DNA of 46,113 nucleotides, the filler included, from Jimgerdemannia flammicorona (lineage: Eukaryota): NCBI GenBank assembly GCA_003990765.1. It is 2 parts of 2 records of this genome, joined end to end, with 100 filler letters (N's around TTAATTAATTAA, not from the genome) between each part and the next. Parts side by side here need not be neighbours in the genome. Positions count along the whole stretch, not along the records: positions 1 to 23,016 come from RBNJ01001170.1; 1 more part is not named here. One strand, 5' to 3'. This document shows positions 9,049 to 19,939 of this stretch, in pieces. The notes beneath the pieces are model-generated. The model had not been told where the DNA came from. It saw only the letters and a program-made list of their open reading frames with translations, and made no database searches. The position numbers and the translations under genes are program-made. The number at the start of each line of letters is the position of its first letter. The first letter of the stretch is position 1.

Positions 9049-11745
9049 TATATCTCTTGAAGTATATTAGACAGACTTCTCTTATACTTTTAAACTTTTT
9101 AGACTGAGATTTATTTACTCTTATATTTTATACAGTTATAGTTACTAGCTAGTTACTATGTAACTAATTATAAAATATATAATATATAAGACTAATTTAG
9201 AAAAATATTTTCTCAGAGTATAGATGTATCTTGATATTATAAGATTTATTCTAATTTAATATATAAGTTGTTTATATAGTAAGTGGTACAAAGGTAGCTA
9301 TACTAGATAACTTTACTGGATAACTATTTATATATTATCTAACTATACTATAATATTTATTTATTACATTAGCCTTTATTAAAGAATAGTCTGCCCTCAA
9401 ACTATTCTGTAGTCATTATTTTAATATCAATAAGTATTTTTTATATTTATGTCTATACTATTATCTCCTTTTATATCTAGGTTACTCTTTTCTAAGAATT
9501 CTTCTTTTTCTTCAGAAAATAGAATTTTGGCTTAGCTGATAATGCTCTGATAAGTAGCTATATTCATTTTCTATATATTATTTAGAAAGAACTGGGTCTG
9601 AGTGAGGGCTGAGAGATTTTACTTATATATTATAGAGTTTATCTATTGCTAGAGAATTTCTTTAAGAGAGATCTGTAGTATTTCTGATATATATCTATTC
9701 TAATACTAAGAGGTCTTGCAGTTATCTCCTAATAGTATAATAGACCTGTAGTTAGTGAACTTAAAGCAACTGTTGTACTAAGGTGAGATTCTCTTAGTTA
9801 GTGCTCCGAACGAGTCAATCCGGATGGGATTCAGATGGATTTGAATCCCATCTAGATCAACTCGGATTGGATTTGAATCCCATCCAGATCAACTCGGATT
9901 GGATTCCCATCTGGATGGATTCGAATCAACCATTGTTTTGATTTCCAAATTGGACAATTAAATGTTTACATCAATAACTCGATGAATAATCATCCAAATT
10001 TAATGATCTTGGTGTCATTTGAAAGCCCTTAATAAGGTCTTTCTAATGATATCAAGAACATTAAAATCGGATTACGCGTTGCCGAAATATTAAGGAAAAC
10101 GTTCTATTTGACGAAATTTCCAAAATCGGCAAATCGAAGAATTTCCAAAATCGGCGATTCAGACGGTTTCCATCATAACTCAGCAACACATGATCGGATT
10201 TCAATGTTCTTGGTATCATTAGATAGGCCTTATTAAGGGCTTTCAAATGACATCAAGATCATCAAATTTGGATAATTATTCATTGAGTTATTGATGTAAA
10301 CATTTAATTATCTAATTTGGAAATCAAAACAATGGTTGATTCGAATCCATCCGGATGGGATTCAATCCGAATCAATCCGAATCCAATCCGGATTAAATTG
10401 ACTCGTTAGGAGCACTACTCTTAGTATATCTAGATCAACTAGAGACAGATTTTTTAAACTTTATAGAACTGAGATAGAAGAACTAATAAAGTAAAGAGAG
10501 CTATGAATAAGAGTCTAAAGATACTAGTCAATTATCTAGTACATTGTATTGAGAGAAGATATATTTTGAGGTAGTTAATATATACTAGTATTCTCAAGAT
10601 TTATCTATTCATACTTCTTATATAGATATTAATTTCTTTGATATTATATATAAGATAAGATTCTTTCTATTTAGGCTTCAATTTGATAATAAAGTTAGAT
10701 TTAATTATACTTTTCTAAATGAGGACTTGATTACTAATCTTGATTTTCTAATTCTTCTATTTCTAATTATAGTACTTTTTATTTTTCCTAGACCTTAATT
10801 ATCTGAGCTCAGGCTTAATTATGTAATTATTCTATCTTTTTGAAAATATCTTCAAGATTCTTATAATCAGAGATTCCGGTTTTCTTAATAAATATTATCT
10901 TGAATGACTTTTATTTAGTAGAAGTAACAGGGTGTTCCAAATTTTCCATAGGATCTCAGATAAGTAGAGATCTCAATTGATAGGATTAACTCAGATAAGT
11001 TTTTTCTTAATAGTCTGATTCATTCATTCTGTTATACCATTAGTTTGAAAGTAATATAATGAAGTCTGTTTCAGGTAGATTTTATAAATTTACACATAAC
11101 TTATAATTATATTATTGATAAATTCTATATCATAGTCTGAGATAAGTTTTTTTGGAGATTTATATCTAAGTGTGAGATTATAAAGATTATCAACAATGGT
11201 CAAGATATTAGTAATTTCTATTAGAAAAGCTTTCAGCCATTTGGTCAGATATTCTATAAATACTAAAATATATTTATTTCTTTTTAGTATAACTAGCAGA
11301 AGTCTAATAACATCTACTTTCTATTTTTGAAAGATATAGACTAGTGATGTAATTAGTTATAGTAGTGCTTGATAGTTCTTCTTTTCTTAATATTTCTGAT
11401 AAATATCACATTTCTTAAGTATATCTCTAACTTATATTCTGAGATTAGATCAGTATTAGTATATTATTCATAGCTTTTCTTCTATATTTATCTGTTCTTA
11501 GTAGACTTTCTGATATTCTTATCAGATAAGGTCTTTTTGTACTTTAGTAGTTATAGAACTTCCTTTAAGATGCAGTTCTCTAATACACTCTTCTTCTAGT
11601 TTATTAGAGTTAGTAGAAAAGTATATCAATATTATTGTAGACCTTTTCTGTTTTATAGATAATGGTGATTTTATAATCTTATAGAATTAGAATTTAGTAA
11701 GTAAGAATTTCAGTAAATTTCCTATAGTTGAATAGCTATATAATA
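9049..11745 (-). mobile_element. Heavily decayed Gypsy family A-like copy (end of RNase H, integrase, ORF3, PPT, partial 3' LTR 9368-9049)
   Basis: The reverse complement aligns by eye with 35180-37217. Example: KIYLKQTSLYYFQTNGITE*MNQTIK vs KIHLK*TTSYHPQTNGMTERINQTIK. PPT/LTR junction TAATAAAGGCTAA|TGTAAT vs TAGTGGGGGCTGA|TGTAAT. Confidence 0.8.
9799..10417. mobile_element. hAT-type MITE / non-autonomous DNA transposon (619 bp)
   Basis: TIRs TAGTGCTCCGAACGAGTCAAT / ATTGACTCGTTAGGAGCACTA. Perfect 8-bp TSD CTCTTAGT at 9791-9798 and 10418-10425. Subterminal CGGATT/AATCCG repeats; CpG-rich, unlike its flanks. Confidence 0.9.
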
Positions 11746-12009
11746 ATACTTATTTTAACCTCTCTTTATTCTTAGATAACTTGAATAATAAGATATTACT
11801 TAGAGACTTGATATATATATTTATCAAGAAGTCTTTTAATTATTCTTTTACTTAGTAGTATTTACTAAGATTGAGAAAGTATAGTAGAAATAAAATATTA
11901 TTCTTCTTCAGTAACTATAGTTATAAGCATCTCTTTCTAGTACCATTCCGGTTATACAATCTTTGGAAGGTACTTTTGACATTGTTTTTGGCAAAAAGAG
12001 ACTAACAAC

Positions 12010-14034
12010 ATGGCAACTGACAGACAACCTGAGGTGTGTACTGGGCAGGGCGGCCCTAGCACTTTCGACTGGCAGCAGGTGGGGAGGGGGCCAGGCCTGG
12101 GGGGAGGTATGAGGGGCCTGCTGGCGGGTGGACATGGAAGGGGTGGAGGAGGTGGTGGAGGATCAGGATCTGGGAGGGCAAGCTTCACGGAGATGGTGAA
12201 GGGGAGACAGCAGACGTCGGGACTAGAGGGCTGGCTGAAGAAGGGCAAGGAGACCGAGAAGGTGATGGTGCCGGGGGGTGCGGCCCTTGGAAGGGGGGGC
12301 AGTGAAGCTACAGGAGTAGTGGCTGGGGGGGGTGTGACTGCTGATAGTATGGGAACTGTCGATCTGGAAAAAAATCCAGATGTGATGGCTGATGGTGAGG
12401 CTGAGCAGCTGAGGCTTAGATAACAAGGGGACTTGGCAGATGGTATAATGGGTCTGGCGGTGGCCCCGTTACTCAAGAAATCGATTTCAGCATTCGCAGT
12501 CACACTATGCTTCCGGGACCTAGCAGTGACGGCAAAAATGGTGCTGGGGCTCATCACTAAGCAGGTGGCAGGTGCAGTATCTGTAAAGTTTTTGAAGGGA
12601 CTGGAAGGAGTGGAGGTGGGTTTTGAGGAGGCAGTACCACTGGAGGAGGCACTGAAGGTTGGATTGGTGGTTGGAGAGATATGTGTTCCAATGGTGCAGT
12701 GCCTGAAGTGGGACCCCAGGGTGGTCCAACTGCTGGTGAAGGGAGTGCCGACAGTGACAGCAATGGAGACGAGGAAGAGAGTTGAGGATTTTATGGCAGA
12801 ATATGGCAAGGTGGTAGATATTGGGTTCAGGGTCTGGGAAGGGACCTCACTCAGGACTGGTGATGTAGATGTGAGGATTCGGCTGGCTGGGAAAGAAGCC
12901 ACTGGGAAGACAAGAGATTGGCCTTCAGCGATGGTCTGGGGAGCGATCCTATGTAAGGTGACAAGGGTGAAGGGGAGTGAGGAGGAGGAGGAGGATTTAC
13001 TGGAAGCACTCGAAGAGCTGGGGGGTGCGGTGGAGAGGTGAGCGAAGGCTTGGGAGGCTTTTGAAGAGGTGATACACTTGGAGGTGGTGGATGGAAAGCA
13101 GATTCAAGTGACCAAGGAGTAGTGGGAAAGAGCTCAGGGGCATAAGAGGCAGAAGGAGTTGCTGGCCAAACTGGATAGTGGACCAATGGGGGAGGTGAGA
13201 AAGGTGAAGGGCACAGGGGGAGCTGGAGCAAGTATCTGGGCCAGCGAGGGGGAGGGGAAGGACAAGAAGGAGGCGGGGAAGGACAAGAAGAAGGCTAAGA
13301 AGGACCTGTATGCGGATGGTATACTGGAGGTGTGGGAGGAGAACTGGGTGGACTCCCCTACCCCTACCCTTCTCATCAGGCATGGCCCAGCTTCCTGGAA
13401 TAGGGTAGTGGAAGATGTGCCAATGTGAGGGGCCCAGAGGGTACAATTCGGAGTTCCGAAGGTGGCATATGGGGGACAGGTGGAGGCGGATGGTGAGGAG
13501 GAACTGGTGGATGTCCCGGAAGTATGGGATGAGTCTGCAAGTGCTGGAGCTGACACCACAATGTTGGATGGCGGGAGGCCAGCAACTCTGGGGGGGAAAG
13601 AGGTGGGGAACTTGCTTTGGATGTGCCAGATGATGAATAACCTGGCGGCGGAGGAGTTGGGGGAAGTGGACTTGCGAGTGATGAGTGATGAGCATTGGGC
13701 AGGAATACTGCAGGGGGATGGCATGATGAAGGCATTGAAGGCGGAAATTCTTGCGGTGTACCTGGAGGAGGAAGGATATGTGGTGGATAAGGAGAGGGAG
13801 GAGGAGATGGCGGTTGTTGCTGGAGAAAGGGCTGAATACTGCTGGAACAAGCGACATGGACTACAGCTCTGGCAGGAAGCATGCATCGAATACCGAGAGA
13901 AGTTTGAGGAGAAGGCCGATGGCGAGATGAATGAACTGCTGGCTGGATTGGAGGCTCAGAGGGCTGAAGAGGAGGAGGTGGCTGTGGAACATAATTTGGA
14001 CAGGGCGCAGGAAGAGATGAGTATGGAACAGTAG
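12010..14034 (+). pseudogene. LINE copy 2 ORF1 (~675 codons; Gly-rich N-terminus, putative RRM-like core, acidic C-terminus), in-frame stops
   Basis: Same-frame fragments 12010..12423, 12433..13041, 13159..13428 and 13462..14034 are separated by stops, mostly explicable by C->T change. Confidence 0.88.
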
Positions 14035-14071
14035 AGGTAGATTGACAACATCACATACATATATCATCAAT

Positions 14072-17000
14072 ATGAACAGTACAACCAACATTTTCTCTTT
14101 GAACGTGAATGGGTTACGGGGCGCTTCTCGACGTAGGAACATTTTTACTTGGATGAAGGGATTGGAGGCTGATCTCTTCCTCTTGCAGGATGTCCGGTGC
14201 GAAGATGACTCTGATAGGTTAGAATGGATGAAGGAATGGGGAGGTGCGGCGATTTGGAAGGGCAAGGTTGGAATTCTAGTTAGGAAAGGCAGAGGGGAGA
14301 TACAGAATGTACAGTGCTGGAGGGAGAGACTGGTCTGGGGAGAGTGGATTTGGGCAGGCTGGGAGCCAGTTACGGTTGGTTCCTGCTACTGCCCTGCAGT
14401 ATGGGGTGATAGGGTCGATTGGGTGAAAGGCTTACAAGAGAGTGGATTACTTGCGGAGGCTGGGGTGGATGTACTAGGGGGAGATTTCAATATGGTTTGG
14501 GATATAATGCTGGATAGATCAGATGGAGGCTGAGGTGCTGAGAGCAGGAGTGGAGGGCTGGTGGCATGGGAGGAAGTGGAGAGGCTGAGTGCACTATTGG
14601 ATGCTGGACAGGAGTGCTGGGGGAGTAGAAGGGTCTATACCCATTGGGCAGGGGGTCTGGGGACTAGAATCGATTGGATTTTGACAGCCTGCTGCTGGGG
14701 ACTAGATGTTTGGAAATTATTGGAGGTGGAATGGTGTCCATGGTCGGATCACTGGGGGCTTTTGGGGCAGGGGTGCTTTGGGGGAAGTGGAGATGGGCCT
14801 GGACATTGGCACCTCAATTTCTCTTTGTTAGATGACAAGACCCAGTGGGATGAGTGGGCTAAAGACATTCAGCTGAGGGTGGAGAACTGGAGGCAGGAAG
14901 GGGCCACAGTTGGGACTCGATAGATGAGGATGAAGGAGATGGCCAGGATTTACTGGAAGGAGGCTGGCAAGGAGGCAGGGAAGTAGCGAAAACAAAGAGT
15001 GCACTGGGCCTCTGCTAGATTGATGAGGCTCCTGGAGGAGTGGGCAAGGCTGATGATGTTGGAGGGCGAAGGAGATTGGAGATTAATAAGGGTGAAAATG
15101 GAGGTTGGGGAACTTCAATAGGTACTGCGGGAGGAGGAAGAGGCAAGGGTACAGAGCTTAGCAGCACGGCTTCATTGGCAGGATCTGGAGGAAGGAAGGA
15201 GAGAGGCCTTCCAAGCTTCTTACAAGAGCCCTTCGGGCGAGACGGGTCCAGCAATGGTGGGAAGGGGTATTGGACTCTGATGGTGTACTGGTGCATGGTA
15301 TACAGGACATTCTTGGATCGCTGAAGGAGAGATGGAGTGGATTGTGGAGTGAGGAGAAAGGTGGGGTGGATGCTGCTACAATTGAATGAATATTGGAGGA
15401 TTGGTACCCACCACAAGTTGAAGGGCTAGGGGACCTGGTGATGCCTGTAAAAGAGGATGAGATCCACCAGGTTCTTGCCACGACAACATCCGGTATAGTA
15501 CCTGGGGAGGATGGGCTGCTCTGGGACTTTTGGAAGCAAATGGTTGAAGTCCCAGGGGTGATGGGAGAGATGACAGCGATATGTGACCTTATTCTATGAA
15601 CAGGTAGATGGGTGGGGGAACAGGACCTTGGGCTGGTGACGCTGCTCTACAAAAACAAAGGAAGGTGGGAGGATTGGAGGAACTGGTGGCCGATAATGCT
15701 GCTAAATATGGACAGAAAGTTGGTAACTAAGGTGGTGGTGGTGAGACTACAGAAGGTGGCCCAGCAAGTCATGGGTGTTGAGCAGAGGGGATTTGTGGGT
15801 GGTCAGCTCATCAGGGATGGCACTGCCTGGGTGCATGGCATCATCGAAGGGGCGAGGGCATGTGGACTGGATGGGCATCTAGTTTTCTTGGACCAGGAGA
15901 AGGCTTATGACCAGGTGCGGAGAGTCTGGCTGGAGAAAGTTTTGGATAGAATGGGGGTACCGCATCAATTCCGGTCAACAATGGTCAGCCTACTGGAAGG
16001 GAGTAGGGCTGCGCTCATGTGTAATGGACATAGAGGGGTGGCATTTCCCTTGGGAAAGGGAGTGCCCCAGGGGGATCCATTGTCCCCCATTTTGTATGCT
16101 CTTTCCCTGGAACCACTTATGGACCAGATTAGGCGGAGGATAGTGGGGCTCTCTGTCTTTGACATAGGATGGAAGGTTGGGGCCTTTGCTAACGACATGG
16201 TGGTGGGCTTGAGTTCGATTGCTGATGTTGAGGAGCTCAAGAGGACTGTGGAGTGGTATGAGGAACATTCTGGAGCTAAGCTGAATTGGCATAAGTGTGA
16301 GACGATGGTGCTAGGTAATGGCCTGGTGGGAGGGGAGGTTATAGGAACAATTGTCCCCACCAGTGAAGCAGTGTGGTACTTAGGTATCTACTTGTCAGTC
16401 TATGGGTCAGTTTTGCCCAAGCTTTGGTGGGAGCAGAGGATTGGAATCTGGGAGGAGGCTCTGCGGAGTTGGGGGGGAAGACATTTTTCTCTGACAGGGC
16501 GGGTCTCAATTTTGAATGTCTACTGGCTGCCAAAGTTGTGGTACCTGGTGTATCATCTGGACTTCCCAGCCTGGGTAGTGAAGAGATTGTTGAAGTCGGC
16601 GAAGGGATGGATTTGGGCTGGCAGGTGGAGTCAGATTAGTTGGGAGACCTTGTCCCTACCAGTGGCAAGAGGCAGTCTTGAGCTGGTTGACTTCCCAAAA
16701 TAGTTACACTGCTTGAGAGCATGGTGGCTGAAGAGGGCGGTGGAGTTGAGAGGAGGTGGATGGGTTCCTCTATTACAGAAGATATGGGAGAGGCGGGTAT
16801 CGCCAAGGGGCTCAACTGGTGATCTTCTCTCCTTGGTTGGGCTTCCGAACACTGCCCAACTACGATATAAAGGATTTTGGTGGGGAATTGCTGAAGGAGC
16901 ACACCGCATTGGCATTTGTTGGCAGGGGAATGAAGGTGAGGAGGATTGGGACCCAGCGATGTGGAGATGGGACCGTATACTGCTGGGGGGTGCTCCCTTA

Positions 17001-17732
17001 GTTGAGTTCAACATTGGTGATGGAATAGAATACCAAAGGGGACCAGGCCAGGATCTGTGGCCTAGTGGTTGGCAAGGAGTTGGAATTGGCAAGGAGTGGA
17101 ACTGGCATAGTGTTTGGACCTGGAGTGCTGCAGTGAGAGCTTGGCTGCCACCAAAGTACTGGGTGGTCTGGTGGCGCATGCTGCAGAGGAATGTTATGCT
17201 CAATTTTCACTTGGGGCACCTGGTTGTAGGGGGTTGCTTCGACTGTGAGGAGTGCTATAACGTAGGGCAGGAGGGGGGTTATATACAGACGCCGGAACAT
17301 TGGCTAGGAGAGTGTGAGGTGTTGGGGGATTTTTGGCGGATAATTGGAAATTGCTTAGAGGTATGGGGTAGGAGTGATGAAGCACAGGAATGATGGGAGG
17401 ACTTGAGGGTTAGATTGGTAGGGGAGATAGGGAAGGAGTGGCTTACTTTGGGTTGGGCTTTGGCAATTTGGGTGGGGTTGGCCAGTCATTGGCTATTTGT
17501 TTTTGAGGATGGGAGGAGACAGAACTTGGGGGACCAGCTGCTGCGATGGCATAGGCTTATGGAAGATACCTTAACAGGCTGGTGGCTGGGTTGGGGGATG
17601 TGGGGTGGTTGGAGGCGCCGCTTGGTAGAGAAAATCTGTGGGCAAAGTGGGGGGAGAGTGGGGGTAGTTGGTGAAAGGGTGATTTTCGTTCGTGAGAAAG
17701 TAGAGAGGGGCCCCCCAGTGGGGATTGGATAG
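14072..17732 (+). pseudogene. LINE copy 2 ORF2: APE endonuclease - reverse transcriptase - C-terminal CCHC zinc finger
   Basis: SLNVNGL, LQDV, GGDFN, RIDWIL and SDH (APE); LDQEKAYD, GVPQGDPLSP, AFAND and YLGI (RT); CFDCEEC...EHWLGEC (zinc finger). Confidence 0.93.
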
Positions 17733-17796
17733 TGGGTCAGAATGATGTATATTTATTTATAGACTGATAATAAAGACAGAGTCCAAGTGACTATAA

Positions 17797-17834
<38 letters not shown>

Positions 17835-17845
17835 ATAGTTATAAG

Positions 17846-18663
17846 AGACTTGTTTTTACTATATATAGACTGACCTCTTATGATTCAGATTCAAAAAAGT
17901 TTTCTTTTAGATTTATATATCAGTTTTTAGTTTTGGTAGAAGTTAGCTAAGCTTTTGGATTTTAGTTAGAAATACTAGAGTACTTAGAGTTCATTATTAA
18001 AAAACTTGAAGAAGTATATATATAGAAGAGAATTTTTACTTAACTAAGAGCTAATTTATTTTAAATATAATTACTAAGGTATTTATATATATTAGCTAAG
18101 TAATATTTTATAGTTTTTTGACTATTTCTATATAACTAATTGATTTATAACTACTTTAATTGTTTATTCACAAAATGAATAACTTTTATATTTAGAACAA
18201 CTGCTTTTGATTTGTGATCAGGGTAATCACTTTTGGTAATATATTGATTAAGTAATATAATTGCTATAATACTAATATAGACTCTAATATTTAGAGGATT
18301 TATTATCTTATTTTTTACATTTATCTCATTTATTTTATTTGTCTTGTTTATATATCACTTATTTATAACATTATTATTAGATTATATAATTGCTATTTAT
18401 AGTATATTATAGATATAATTTATTATATTTCTTTCTTCTTAGAAATTAATATCTATATTGATTTCTGTTTTATCTATCTTGAAGTTAAAGACTAGAGAAA
18501 TGATATCATTCTCATTCTCATCATTAGTATCACTCTAGTCAGTATATAAATTAGTAGGAGTATCAATATTAAAGGCAGAGAAATTAATGAGATCTATAAA
18601 TAGTTCTAGCTAAGCTAGATTGTGAGATCCTTTTACTAGTCTGGGATTATTTAGAGTAAGGTT
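17846..18663. other. Very AT/TpA-rich decayed repeat relic, family not assignable
   Basis: Composition matches the identifiable hypermutated relics; it is the target of the LINE copy 2 and S2 insertions. Confidence 0.4.
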
Positions 18664-18677
18664 AGAGATCACTATCT

Positions 18678-19875
18678 AACAGCTCTTTTCTCTACTATCT
18701 TACTGGTAACAAGATTTGATAGATAATCTTCCAAGTTCCCTTTCCCCTATTATTACCCTCTCTATCTCAGGTTAGTTTGCTATATCTGCAGGAACATAGT
18801 GAAAGGAGGGCAATGATGATGAGTTGCTCTTTTATCAGTATTGGATCAGTGTCTTCTCTACTTTTTTGTAAATTCTGGTGCCTTCAGCTATATCTGGGGT
18901 ATACTTATTTTGATACAGTATTTGCTTTCTTTTATTGTTATCAATAAGGTGTTGTCTCAGAGTATTATAGGTTATATAGAGAGTCAACCAACCTTGGGCA
19001 TCAAGTATCTAGTATAGGTTATCTGTAGGTTCTCAGTGCCTGTAGTGGGGCCCTCTGGCTTTGACAAGCTTTCTGACAAGCATAGTTCTGGCATAGGTAA
19101 CTATTTTTTAGGTGTTGTTGGGATGAGAGGGGAGATGATCATCATAGATAAGAGGAAGGGCAATAATGGTAAATCAGTAGAGTGCCAGACTAAGAGTAGT
19201 TTTTGAGACTGAGATAGATGCTGCTTTGGTGAGATCTTTTGATTGATGCAGAGTAGTTAGATAGTAGGTATCACTCTCAGCTTCTTTTGGTAATATATGG
19301 AGTTGGGCTCCAGTCATTGGAGGGGGGTCAGGGGGCCTGAGGCCATCTATTTTAGATATCTTAGCTATACTCAACTAGAACTAGAAGCTGATATAGCAAC
19401 ATGATGGAGGCTCATAGGCTTGAGTAGTGGGATATTAGGGGTCTCCTCCCACCTCACATGTAAGTCCTTTACTCACCTCATCTGAGAGAACTAGACTCTA
19501 TCCACTGTGATGTACTTTGATGAGAGTTTTTTCTTTGCCTATCATTCTTCTTAGAGTAGCAGGAGCTATTCTATTTGGCTCAAGCATAGCCTTATATATA
19601 TGTTGGGGTCTCAGGCATGTGCTTTTGGTCATTGGTGTATGGCTGAGTTCCTCCTGGTAGTAAGGAGAGTATGGTGTGCAAAATGAGATATAGGCTACTA
19701 TAGACCCTACTGCACCTAGTATAGTTAAGCTGCTAAATAATAGCTAGTCTAGATTAATAAGAGAGTAGTGTTTGATGGATGGTGGAAGAGGGTTTTGGCC
19801 TATATAGTCTAGATTCTCTTCTAATAAAAATCTGCAGGACTTTGAGTTTGTAAAATAAAATAAAAAAATAAATAA

Positions 19876-19925
<50 letters not shown>
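18678..19925 (+). mobile_element. Non-autonomous poly(A) retroposon S2 (~1.25 kb, unknown interior)
   Basis: 14-bp TSD AGAGATCACTATCT at 18664-18677 and 19926-19939; AATAAA at 19823-19828; A-rich tail from 19852. The 5' CTCTTTTCTCTACTATCTTACTGGTAAC (from 18683) resembles the LINE leader. Confidence 0.85.
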
Positions 19926-19929
<4 letters not shown>

Positions 19930-19939
19930 ATCACTATCT

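Larger units (their letters stand above)
11928..17830 (+). mobile_element. L1/Tx1-like LINE, copy 2, full length
   Basis: 15-bp TSD AACTATAGTTATAAG at 11913-11927 and 17831-17845; 82-nt 5' UTR; ORF1 and ORF2; AATAAA at 17769-17774; poly(A) at 17799-17830. Confidence 0.96.

Noticed and set aside
9815..9925. ~31-bp direct repeats as a CRISPR-like array
   Set aside because: Only two abutting copies with no spacers; they are subterminal repeats of the MITE.
11912..11923. Palindromic target TAACTATAGTTA as evidence of LINE site specificity
   Set aside because: The S2 TSD and the other junctions share no such motif, and TA-rich relic DNA yields such palindromes by chance.
11952..13886. Long antisense ORFs over the LINE copies (also 5293..5979, 25120..25668, 26679..27236)
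   Set aside because: Ser/Pro/Thr-rich shadows of the G-rich coding strand, with no domain motifs.
19319..19345. GGAGGGGGGTCAGGGGGCCTGAGGCC G-rich motif or hairpin in S2
   Set aside because: A single short occurrence; no function can be supported.
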